A stretch of 64,000 nt of DNA from Camelus ferus. Taxonomy: Eukaryota. Under the pieces are notes generated by a model. It was not told the DNA's origin, did no database searches, and saw only the letters and a program-made list of their open reading frames with translations. Location: positions 75,146,001-75,210,000 of the forward strand of contig NC_045696.1 in assembly GCF_009834535.1 (NCBI RefSeq), in the 5' to 3' direction. A program made the position numbers and the translations under genes. Positions 52,961-64,000 of this stretch are shown here, one piece after another; the stretch's first letter is position 1; each line of letters begins with the position of its first letter.

Positions 52961-53521
52961 CAGGCGTGGGGGTGGATGTACACCTATATAATAGACATAT
53001 TTTGTATGTATATATATCATATCTATGTATGTATTAATTATATATGTATAAATTATATATGTATATATGCATATAAATTATATAATATACATATAATACA
53101 TACATATCCACATACAGATATGTGTATATATAATATATATATAATGTGTATATATATCCATACAGTGACATGTGTATGGATACACACATGTATAATATAA
53201 ATTATATCATAATGTATATATATCATAATGTATATATATTATATCATAATGTATATATATTCACATATATAGTGTAATATACATATTTTATGTATATACA
53301 TATCCATAACAGACCTGTGTATTTATGTGCACCCGTATAATAGACACATCATACAAGTTCACATCATACCCAGACCTGTGTATGGGTGTGCACCTGTTTA
53401 ATAGACACATGATTCGGGTGCACTTAGCCTCCTCCCCGAGGCCTGTCATGTGTCTTGAGACGGGGTGCCCCTCCACCCTCAGGCCTGAGTATGGAGGGGC
53501 ACCTCATGTCATTGTGTCTAT
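52961..53521. repeat. Palindromic GC/AT minisatellite, right array
   Basis: Same units as 46262-47748. Confidence 0.85.
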
Positions 53522-53529
53522 GAAAGACT

Positions 53530-53837
53530 CTCTCTCTCTCAACGAATTGGCTCATTTGAGAGTTGACAAATCTGAAATCTGTAGATCAGGTGGGCATGCT
53601 CAAAACTCAGTCAGAAATTGATTTTACAGTCTTACTGTAGAATCTCAGTTGTTACTCTTAAGGCCTTTAACTGATTGGATGAGGTTTATCCACTACATCA
53701 AGGGTAACCTTTAAAGTCAACAATCAAAATGTTAACCATATCTACAAAATTCCTCACAGTAACAGCTACATTAGTGTTTGATTGAATAACTAGGCGCTAT
53801 AGCCTAGGCAAGTGAATACATAGGGCTAATCGTAATA
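53530..53837 (-). mobile_element. MLT2 (ERVL) LTR, main part; other terminus probably at 46244-46263
   Basis: gaattggctcat...cttaaggcctttaactgattggatgaggtttatccac...gttaaccatatctacaaaat...agtgtttgattgaataact. Confidence 0.8.
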
Positions 53838-53889
53838 GGACACGTATTTCTGAGGGTGTCACTTAGCTCACTCGCTACACCATGTTATA

Positions 53890-54860
53890 GAAATTAAGAT
53901 ATAGGTTACATAGAATTACAAAGAATAAAAAATGAAGCCCGCTTTCATTTTTTGTCCTCTATTTAATACTCCTCCCCAGAAGAAACCACCATTAACTCTT
54001 TGGTGTTTATAATTTCAGATTTTCCCCATATAGTTATAGATTTATATAGTGTACATAGATGTGCATATATCCATTTTATATGTATGAGAAATAAATTTGA
54101 TTCACTTTTAAAATATTACGTCTTGCAGATCTTTGCGTGTTTGTACATGTGTGTCTACTTCAGTTTTTTAATCACTGCATAGATGTCCAAGGTATACATA
54201 TACCATAGCATATTTGACAACTTTCCTTACTGATGGACCTTCATTTTCCATTTTCTTTTTACTGTGAACAGCATTGTTATCCTCAGTCATGTATCTAAGT
54301 ATAATTATATCTCTAAGAGATACCCTTGGAGGTGGATTGCTATGTTAAATGTAACTCACATTTTAAAATTGGTAATACTCCTAAATTGTCCTCCATAAGG
54401 GCTATACTAATTTGCACACACAGAAACAGAAAGAGTTTTCATTTTTACACAGTAGTAACACTGGGAATCATACCATTTAAATATTCTACAGGCTGATGAG
54501 GGAAATGTGACATATTATTGTTGTTTTAGTTACGCTTTCTTGATTATTTAATGTAATTAAACTTCTTTCCAAATGCTTATCAGCCGTTTTTATTTCTGTC
54601 TCAATAAATTGCCCATGCCTATCCTTTGCTGATTATCTGTTGCCTTCTGTTTTTCTTCTTAATTTTTAGGAGCACTTTATAAGACATATAGTTGATTTGT
54701 CTATTAAATGAATTGTAAATAATTAATCTGTGTCTTTCACTTGCTTGTGAACTTTTATGGATGTTTTTGAATCTGTCAATATTTTGATGTAGTTTAATCT
54801 GTCAATATTCTCTATGGCTTTGTGCTTTGCTCAGGAAAGTTTTACCTATTTTCTATTAGG
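53890..54860 (-). mobile_element. Ancient L1 (L1ME-like) 3' fragment
   Basis: ccttactgatggacc...ggtggattgctatgttaaatg...ctaaattgtcctccataagggctatactaatttgcacac. Confidence 0.6.
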
Positions 54861-56214
54861 CTGTGAATAGGAAACATACTGATTTTATATTTTTTTGCAG
54901 AGAGTTGATATTTGATTGCCATAATGCTAGCAAACCCAGATAACTGTACAGTGCCTGATAGTTGGCTACAGTTGTCATGATTTTTCGTGGGCTGTGTACT
55001 CCCCAAGAGCTTTGACACCACTGAGCTCTCTGTAATCTTTGATTTTTAAAGGACTTTTCCTTGCTTATTGTTCCAGCTGTTATTTTAATTAATTTTCTTC
55101 TGGGAGCACTAGAAGCTAACTTACTTATTTCCTTATTTCCCTCCCTGTAATTCACAGATACAGCATTTTTCTTACAATAAAATCAGTAACAAAGAAAGCA
55201 AGAATTCAATAGATAAAGCCACAGTCTGACCTCTGGGATCATGCTGGTCATGCGGCTGTTTCTTAGTTTCCCTGTGTATCATTTGTATGTTGGCTTTTTA
55301 TTCCCTGACATTTTATTAATGGAGAATTAGTTCCTTATTTTGTCATCTATTAATAGTAAGGATCTGAATTGGAGATTATGTCTGGTATGGAAATGAAGTA
55401 TTTTTTTTTAGTGACAACAGCTGCCATTTCACACTACAGAGATTGGTCCTGGTCAGTGCATCACCATAAACTTACATGGCTTCAAATGATATTCCAGAAA
55501 TCACAGGAAACACTAAAGATGAATGATTACCCTGTAACACAGTGTAATGGCGCTTCCTATTGGGCTGCAATTGAGTGCTCACCTATTTCTTTGATGTTTT
55601 GCTCATTTCAGAGTGAATCTCAACAATATTTTTCTACATAACATTGAAACAACTAGCAAATTCTCCCTACAGAGTTTTTTTTTTTCTTTTTCCCATGAAT
55701 TCCCTCATATTGCTTGTAGCACCAAAGTTTGGCAAATATGGACTCCCTTGAGCAATTTCAAAGTCTTTTAAGATTATGTTGTCCATTGAACCTTTCAAGA
55801 TGTGGATAGATTTTAAGGAGTCACAGTTTGAAAGTTTTGTGTTTAAAAACTGTGTTTTGGGCCAATCTACCTAGGTGGGCATAGATAAGACCTGAATATA
55901 AGGAATAGGGAAGAGGAAATAAGAAAGAATTAGAATCATACTCTCTCAAGGTATTATATCTCTTTAAAATTAACAAAAAAAAAAGAAAAACATTTTGAGT
56001 AGCTTGCATTCAAATAGTTCAAAATTCAAAGTTACTAAAGGTTATACAGTGAAAAATGTCTCTCCCTTCCCTATCTTTTAGCCACCAAGTTCCCTCCCAG
56101 AAGGAAAATAACAATACCAGTTTCTTGCATTTGCTAAGATAGTCATATGCAAGCAAAATATATCTATGTATCTTTATAATATGTATATGTGTTATATGTA
56201 CATGTATGTCTATT

Positions 56215-56592
56215 TGTAGGGCGGGCTGTCAGGAAGGTCTAGCTGGAACTCTCAGGCATGAGCTGAAGCTTTAGGCCATAGACAGAATTTCTTCTTCAGG
56301 GAAACCTTGGTTCTGCTGTTAAGACCATTGAACTGATAGAATCAGGCCTACCCAGATTATCTAGGATAATTTCCCTTGCTTAGAGTCAGCTGATTGTAGA
56401 CCTAATCATATCTACAAAATACTTTCACAGTAACACCTAGAATAGTGTTTGACTGAATACCTGAAACTACATTCTAGCCAAGTTGACACATAGAACTGAT
56501 CATCGTAGTCCATGTCTGGTCACCTTGGCACCCTTACACATCTCCTTAAAACATACTTAATCTCCAAATAAAGACAATAACAAAGTCACACA
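56215..56592 (-). mobile_element. MLT2 LTR joined to ERVL internal 3' end
   Basis: aactgatagaatcaggcctacccagattatc...ctagccaagttgacacata, followed by cttggcacccttacacatctccttaaaacatacttaatctccaaataaagacaataacaa (ERVL-int-like). Confidence 0.75.
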
Positions 56593-56599
56593 TGTCATA

Positions 56600-56918
56600 T
56601 TAGGTGGAAATGGGGAAACATTGGTCAAAGTGTACAAACTTCCAATTATTAGATGAATAAGTTCTGGGGATCTAATGTCCAACATATTGGCTATAGTTAA
56701 TAATAGTATATTATCTACTTGACAGTTGCTAAGAGAGTAGCTCTTAGATATTCTTATCACACACAAACACAAAATGGTAATTATGTGAGATGATGAATTG
56801 TTAACTAACCCTATTGTTGCAGATTATTTTGCAATATATGTGTATCAAATCATCATGTTGTATACTTTAAACTTACACAATATTATGTGTCAGTTATATC
56901 TCACTAAAGCTAGAAAAA
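56600..56918 (+). mobile_element. L1MA-like 3' UTR (L1MA9-like)
   Basis: ttggtcaaagtgtacaaacttcc...agatgaataagttctggggatctaatg...tgtcagttatatctcactaaagctagaaaaa. Confidence 0.85.
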
Positions 56919-57279
56919 GAGAACTTTTCTCATAACCCAGGAACCTTGCCTCTCAGGCAGGTTTCAGGTGGATAATTCTTAGGTGGGATGACTCTGAAGC
57001 AAGAGTTCTTTACTGGTTTTCAGAGTGTCCCTGTGGGATACAATGTAAGCCATGCACAGAGGTGGCTGGCCTGATAGCCTTCCCTTTAATGGGGAGACCT
57101 CTCTTTCCTTCCTCTCTTCCCTGCTCCCCTCCTGGTATTTTCTGAACCTCCAAATAATGTGAATCCAAAACAAGGCAAGTATCATGCCCAGGGTGGAGAC
57201 AGGATTTGAACCCAGGCATTTGGTCTCTGGAGTTCATGCTCTCACTAGTCCTTCTGCTGACACTAAGAGGAAGGCTAGA

Positions 57280-57950
57280 CAGAGAGCAGGGGAAAAGGCA
57301 CAGAGTCTTGAGAAAGTTTGGTAGGTTTGAAGAAATGATTCAGTGTGGCTAGAGCAGGGGATGTGGGTGGGGGGAGATGAGGCTGGAAATGCCACTGGGA
57401 TGAATTCATGAACCACTTGTAGGTCAAGTTAAGGTATTTGAGCTTCATCACAAAGGCAATGAGAAGTCATTACATAGTTCTACTCACAGTAGGATATGAT
57501 CAGATATTCATTTGTTAAAGTTTCTTCTTGTGTAAAGAATGAATTGGGGTTGGGGTAGTGGAGCGATTGGAGGCGGAAAGGCTGATTCTGAGGCTACAGC
57601 TACTAGGAGAGTGACAGGGTGGATGGAAAAGAAGGGGTTGATGCTTAGGGCATAGATAGGGGCAGTGCAACATAGTGACAGTGTGGTTGGTCATGTGCCA
57701 AGGAGAGCAAGAGGTGCAGTGTGAACAGCAGGGAGGATTGGGGCACATGTGAGTATGAGTGTCTGTGAGGGTTTAGAAAGAGGGCCATTTCAACTGGACA
57801 TGCTGAGTTGTAAATGCCTGAAGACTCCCCAGGTGGAGATATCCAGAGGCAGATAAATGTAGAGCTCTGAGACTTGGAAAAGAGCCCACACAACTAAATA
57901 TATACATTTCGGAATATTATTTGATATTTGAAGACCTTAAAGCCATTGGC
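57280..57950 (-). mobile_element. L2 LINE fragment
   Basis: aggcaatgagaagtcatt...ttcaactggacatgctgagttgtaaatgcctg...ccaggtggagatatccagaggcag. Confidence 0.7.
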
Positions 57951-60489
57951 ACATGTGGAGTTCCTTGGGAAAAGGGGAAAAAAAGGCTGTGCAAAAGTAT
58001 GTGAAGTTTTCTCACACACATCATTTCATTTGATCTTCATAACAACCATCTGGGGTGGAGAGGAAAGGGAGAAAATCAGGACACAGAGGGTGGCTAGGTG
58101 ACTTGTCTCTTAGCTGGAAAGGGGAAGAGCTGAGGCAAGGAGTAGATCCACTGGCTCCACATCCAATGCTCCTCTCATTACACCGCACTGTTCCACTGTC
58201 CCTCCCAAAGTACTTCTGCATAACTTATCGAATGATACAGGTCCTCTCCACAAGTGTTTTTTTGTTTTTAAAGAAGGCATCATATCTTTCCGCATGTTAT
58301 ATATGTATCTGTTATATTGTAGGAATCTGACATATGTCAAATCATAATGTATAATGTTCTTTTCTGTAATTTTTACTAGTTTACCAATAATTGGACATTT
58401 TACATAGTGACTGGATATAGGCATAGATGATGCTAAATCCCATTTTTCAAGGCAGTGCTTGCTTTGCAGGTAAATTCTGGGTCTCAGCTACTACCTGGTC
58501 ATTTTTCTTGGTCCATTCATTTCTGCATCACCTGTTACCATGGTTGTCTCCCTTTTAATTATTTTTGACCATGTGCTAGGCATCCAACCTAACTCTGTAG
58601 AATTAAGTTTTAGGTAGTAATAATTCACATTTACTCACTAGACATCCTAAATGTCTATAGCAAATCTTTCTGAAGTTTTTCTCTTCCTCCTTTTATGCTC
58701 TGAGGAAAGACCTCCCCAAACAGTACTGTAAGTCATGTCAGGAAAGGATCCTGCCACAGAATAACCTCTGAATATAGAAAACACAACCATTTTTGGCCAA
58801 GACTTAAAAAAACCTACTTCACTCTCTTATTTGCCAAGGAGATGACACTGACATTTAGAAAATGTTGCAAATGTGACAACTTGTGACATATTTTATTACA
58901 CAATTTGTGGCATATTTTACCTATGTGGTGAAAACCCCTGACAATGTGACATACATGTAGGTGAGTCAAACCTTTGTAACATCTCTTGGGCAGCCATAGC
59001 CAGAACTTGGTTGAACAGAATGAAGGAGCAGCTTGTGGACAAAGAGAGCAGAAGGGGGCTTGTCATGTTCTGCTGCGGCTGCCAATTTGATTTCCCACCT
59101 CTGTAAGCATATGGTAGGTGATGGTGGGAAAAAATGATCCCAGATGATGGCAGGACACCCTCTGTGTTGTGTTTTTCTCAGCTTTCTGCTGTTTTAACTA
59201 ATTTCCAGTCAGTTATGCTGATGATTTTATTTTATGTCAGTGGTTTTATTTTAGGCAAAAAAAAAATCACCTTTTCTTTGTTCACCAGAGTTTGCTATTC
59301 TGGTTTAAAAGAAATCAGGTTTTGACTTATTTGTGAGAAGAGACAGTTTCTGAAACTTCTGTCTTCTACCTTCTCCCCACATTCTTCCCTTTAAAATGTC
59401 TAGAATAGAGCCTCTAAATGATAATAACTCATTTAGAAAGCAGATGAGCCCTGCCTGGTGGAAAACTTGAGCAAGCTATTTCTTCTAGAAGGGCAAGTGT
59501 GTGTTTATATGTAGACATCTTAACCTCCGTGGTCCTTTTCTACACCAGACATCCTGAGTATACAAATTATTTTGTTTTTGAGGGCAGGAAGTGTTCCACT
59601 TACAGCCATCCTTACATTTTTGGGAGAATAAAAATGCTTCTGGTGTGATGCTATTTAGCCATATATTAGGTCATTTTCTTCTTACTCTTTCCAGTTTGCT
59701 GGAAATTGGTGACAGAAAGTAGGTGATAAAGGATATCTTCATTTTTTGAGTTGGTAGTTCACGTATGTCCTTAGTCTCAAGTTAAAGGAAGTTCCTGGTA
59801 ATCCTTTGTGTAAAAATGTCAACATATTTAGATAACGTGTGTGGTTATGCAGAGCCAGTTTCTTGACTCTTTTCTAGGAAGAAAACAGGAACTGGAATCA
59901 AGTGTCTGGCACTCCTTAATGTAGCCTTGGTACTGGCACCTCTGTATCAAGTTTATACATTCACTTTCTCCTCTTCCTCTATGTCTCTCCCTGCACCCCT
60001 CATTTCCTTTAGAGGTGGCTCTCTGGAGCGCTTAAACTCAGATGTCTCTTTGATCAGCCTCTTCTGCCTCTATTTAAAAAAAAATGTTTTCTGGAATTTC
60101 ATGCACAGCCTAGATGAGGTTCTGTATGAGGACTGCATTCATTTCCTCACCACTTGGGGAGTGAACAGGAGTCCTCTTCAGAGGTTTCTCCTCCAAAGAA
60201 ACTGGGGAGCACGTGATATAGTATCTCAGATCAATTTCATCACTCCCCATTGACATTTCTCTGTTGACAGGGTTGCTTTCAAATCTCCCTGGAACTGCCA
60301 TTGGTTACGAGATTTCATTTGGAAGTGCTGAGGCTGGGGCCATTCTTGGGAAAAATTATAGATGGGGTGAAGCTCATCTTAATATTTTTTGCCCAGCTTA
60401 CATACATTTTTCTTCCTTTTGCCTTCGAACTCCCAGTGCCCAGTCCTAAAAATAATAGTGGTCTCTGCCTTTTATTATTAATCATCATA

Positions 60490-60720
60490 AAACAAGTATT
60501 GTCATTTCATGAGTGTTTATTATATGCTAGACATTTTGATAAGCATTTGTATATTATCTCATTTAATCTTATAATTTGGATGTTACTATTCCCATTTTCC
60601 AGATGAAGAAACTATGCATGAGTAAGTTAAGTGTATTTACCCAAATCTCACAGCTAGTGAATGGTAGGACCAGGATTCAAACTCAGGTCTGGATGTTCCC
60701 AAAGCTTTTGTGCTAATCAC
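60490..60720 (-). mobile_element. MIR SINE
   Basis: catttcatgagtgtttattatatgctagaca...ttcccattttccagatgaagaaact...acagctagtgaatggtaggaccaggattcaaactcaggtct. Confidence 0.8.
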
Positions 60721-61074
60721 TTATTTAGATCTTCTCCCTCTTGGGCATTATTAAATTCTGTAAATTCAGGACTCCATCTGTCTCCTATCAGCAGTTACTT
60801 TTTATGTTCTTCTATAGCCCTGCCCTTAGGTTTCTGGAGTGATAGATGGTTCTAAGATACATTAGTGTGATGAAGAATTATCGGCTGAGAAAACCAGTGT
60901 CGTTTAGGGCCATGTGCAATTTTACTGCCAGGTCACAAGATCTACATGAGAAGGCAATGATCTCTAATGATTACTTTTCAGGTTTGTTTTTTTTTCCCAT
61001 TTGGGAAGACCTTCAAGTCACAATACAGAGAAACCTGCTTAATTTGCCTACTTTTTGTTAATAATTCAATTACT

Positions 61075-61555
61075 GGTTTATTTATTTAAGTAACATTTAT
61101 TGAGCTCTCCTGTGTGCCAGGAATTATATTGGACTAGGGGATGAGAATATACAGACAAAATAAAATGAAGGTGAATAAAACAAATTCATGTCTTCAAGAA
61201 CTTGTAGGAATACCAGAGAAATAAACCAGGACTATCATGTGGTGTGATAGTGCTTTTATAGAAGGATGCAGTGGGGTGTCATTGAAGCATAGAAGTTAGG
61301 CACCTAGCCTGGGCCTGAATCACCTCCTGGTGCAGATAAAGTTTGAGCTAAGTCTTGAAGAATAAGTATCAGTTAGCCAAATGGTTGGAAGAGAGATCAG
61401 AGAAAGGAGTCTCAGGCAGAGGAAATAGTAAATGCAAAAGCCCAGAGATGTGAAAGAATTTGGAACATCAGGGATGACCACTGATGAGATGGCTGAAGCG
61501 TAAGAGGTGTGGAGATGACAGTGGGAAAGAGACTTGAAGGGCCAGTTCACTCCGT
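61075..61555 (-). mobile_element. L2 LINE 3' end
   Basis: aacatttattgagctctcctgtgtgccagga...tttgagctaagtcttgaagaataagta...caggcagaggaaatagtaaatgcaaaagcccagag. Confidence 0.75.
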
Positions 61556-63387
61556 GATCCAAGTCACTTGCAGCAGCAAACTGTTACTAGGTCTTAGGAT
61601 GTAACTCTTCCTGAATAAAGGCAGAACATCAAGCTGGTACTGTCTATTATTAAATGAAAACCTCTTCCTATTAGTAGGCCTGGATGCCTGCCAATGTCAG
61701 GGTTAGGCTGAGTTTGATTTACTTTATGCAAAATAGAAGTGGAAATGAGAGGAGTGACCGTGTGAAGGTGGCTTGTAGTCTTGCCAGCGGCTGCTGTTCA
61801 GGTATCACAAACTACACTGATATTAGGGAAAGTAAACTGCTAGCTTTACCTGGTCTTCCAAAGGGCCACTTTGTTCCAGTCTTCATTTTTTTTTTTTTAT
61901 TGAGTTTAGTGGTAAATGCTGGCAGTTTCTGAGGGTACTCAGCTATTAAAATATTTCATTCCTAAAAGTGGAGACAGTTGCTGATTTCCACTGTTGGATA
62001 TGTGGTTTCTCAGACAAACCAAGTGGAATCTTCTAAATGGACTTGGATATTTGCTGGGCTAACTTGAGAGTTTTTAGTATTCAAAGTGTTACTTATTCAG
62101 CCAGATACTGTGACATTTTCAAAGAAACTGAGAGTTGGAAGGCCTCTTTGTTGGTGTTAGCACAAAACCAGTTTGTTGCAAATGGCTTGGCTCCTAGGGT
62201 TTCTGTTAGACCGTTGCCTGAGCTGTATTTAGGGCGCTCACTTTTTCTGGGAAAGCTTAAAAATTTCCGGCTAATTATGACTTTCTAGAGATGGACCTAA
62301 GAGTTGCATTTGCACCAAATTCTGTATGTGTCACAGCTATTGGAAAGGAAGGAATATATTTTACATGCAATATGAGTACCCAGTCTGAACACTGTGCTTT
62401 CTTCTCAGCATTGCTAGATGTCAGCTACAGCCGCTGAATGCTTTTGGTTAGAGATAGACACTGTTAATTGTTCCAAAATGATACTTCTGTCATGCTTAAG
62501 GATGGTGCCAGGACAGTCCATTTGTTTGCTCACCACGGGAAGGAGCTAAGTGTTAGGGTTTGCAGCTGCCTCACAAACTGCTGGACTTACAATGCAGTGA
62601 ATAAAAGAGCGGAGCTTTGATGTCTCTCCAACTGGAGGAGGCTGATGAGTTTGTACAGACCTAAGTTGAAAGCATTATGTGGATGTCTAGTTGTTGAAGT
62701 CACCATGGTGATGCAGATGCTGAGTGATGCTTCCTGTAATATCTCTGTGACCAGCTCTCTCACTGCATGGTCCAAGAAGGAATTGTTTTCTTAAATGTCA
62801 CATTGTGTGGAAACCCTAAGGGGTAGGGAGAACCTATCCCTTCCTTTCTTCACATGCTTTTTAAATGAATTTACTCCAAAACAAGCAATAAAAGGGGCAG
62901 TTGGATCTGTGCTAGTCCAAAGAGGTATTTATCAACCCCAAAGGATAAGGTCCTTAAGAAAAACATGGAGAAATTCTTCAGTAACTGATGAATAGCAATA
63001 GTTGCTTAAGTTAGATTTTCTAATTCTAGATCTCCTTTCCCCATATATTATCACTCCTTCCTTTTAAAGTAGTTTCTATTTCTTAGCAATTCTTTCGTCT
63101 TAGCATGTTATCAGTTGGCACTTAAGGGAACCTCTTGTCTCTGACTGACACCAAAATTTTCCTGCATCTCTCGTTGAGTGAAAATCAGAATTTTTTTCTT
63201 TTAAATTTTATAAGATAAATGGACAATTCATAGGAAAATTGGAAAGTAAATTCTGAGCATTGGTTTGTTTTGCTCCTTTACCTTCTCAGTTACACTAGTT
63301 TCTCTTCCCTGTGAATGTAGCACTTTTTCTCCTTCAACCAAAATCTGTGTTGGCAGAAGAATCTGATAAGAGTTTGTCCAAATTGCC

Positions 63388-63745
63388 TGTGGTGGACACC
63401 TATTGTTTTTTCCTTGCCCAGCACCCCTTCCTCTCTTATTTAACACATATCCATTTTCCTGTGGGGAATTATCTGACCCCCACCGGGTGGGGCTGCAGAT
63501 AACATGCCCTGATCTCCATCACTATGGGGGTGGGCCCAGTGGTGAACAGGTGATACGAAGAGAACTGGCATTTTTGAGGCCTGATGCAAATGCTGGGTTT
63601 TTCTCCTTTTCCCATTATAGACACAAGGGATTTTATGAACATGTAGTTGCTGGGGGGTCATCTTTGCTGGTATATGGAGATTACACAAAAGAAGAAACAG
63701 AGCTGAGGGAGAGAGAGAGAAAGAGAGAGACAGAGAGTTGGATGG
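63388..63745 (+). mobile_element. Old ERVL-class LTR (LTR16/LTR33-like)
   Basis: Starts tgtggtggacacctattg...gcccagcaccccttcc and contains agttgctggggggtcatcttt followed by a GA tract. Confidence 0.45.
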
Positions 63746-64000
63746 AGGGAGATTTTTATTAAGAGATGTTGTGATGTCTACCTACAAAAATTTCTGGTCT
63801 GCTAGTAGTGCTAATAGGTGATGGGTTTGTGCAGAGGGCCTTGATGCTTTCTCCACAGCCTGATCTCGTACTACATTGGTAACAAGTCATATGACAACTT
63901 GCATGGGCTTAGGGATTAAATTTGTTTTAGAAGAACTTGGCTGAAGAACAAGTCTGAAAGTCCTAATTAAGTTATTATGTTGTTTGAGAGACCAACTTCT

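Noticed and set aside
1..64000. Host gene identity or miRNA
   Set aside because: I recognised no coding exon or known mature miRNA, so naming a locus would be a guess.

Overview
Mammalian non-coding DNA, most likely camelid (inferred from a Vic-1-like tRNA-derived SINE and cetartiodactyl-type L1 3' ends). It is dense in MIR, L2, L1, MaLR/ERVL LTRs and hAT MERs. I found no convincing host protein-coding exon: the ORF track is mostly chance ORFs, low-complexity translations or L1/ERV remnants. There is one small CpG island (~21.65-21.96 kb) with YY1- and BANP-type promoter motifs, but I cannot name its gene. The most unusual region is 45.8-53.9 kb, a nested structure. An MLT1 LTR is split by an MLT2 LTR, whose TA microsatellite position holds a palindromic, alternating-orientation minisatellite. 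Inside that array sit two different 5'-truncated class I ERV copies fused head-to-head without a TSD. One of them is polyadenylated at its LTR R region and carries a younger solo LTR. Repeat family names are from recalled consensus similarity, not a database search, and boundaries of old repeats are approximate.
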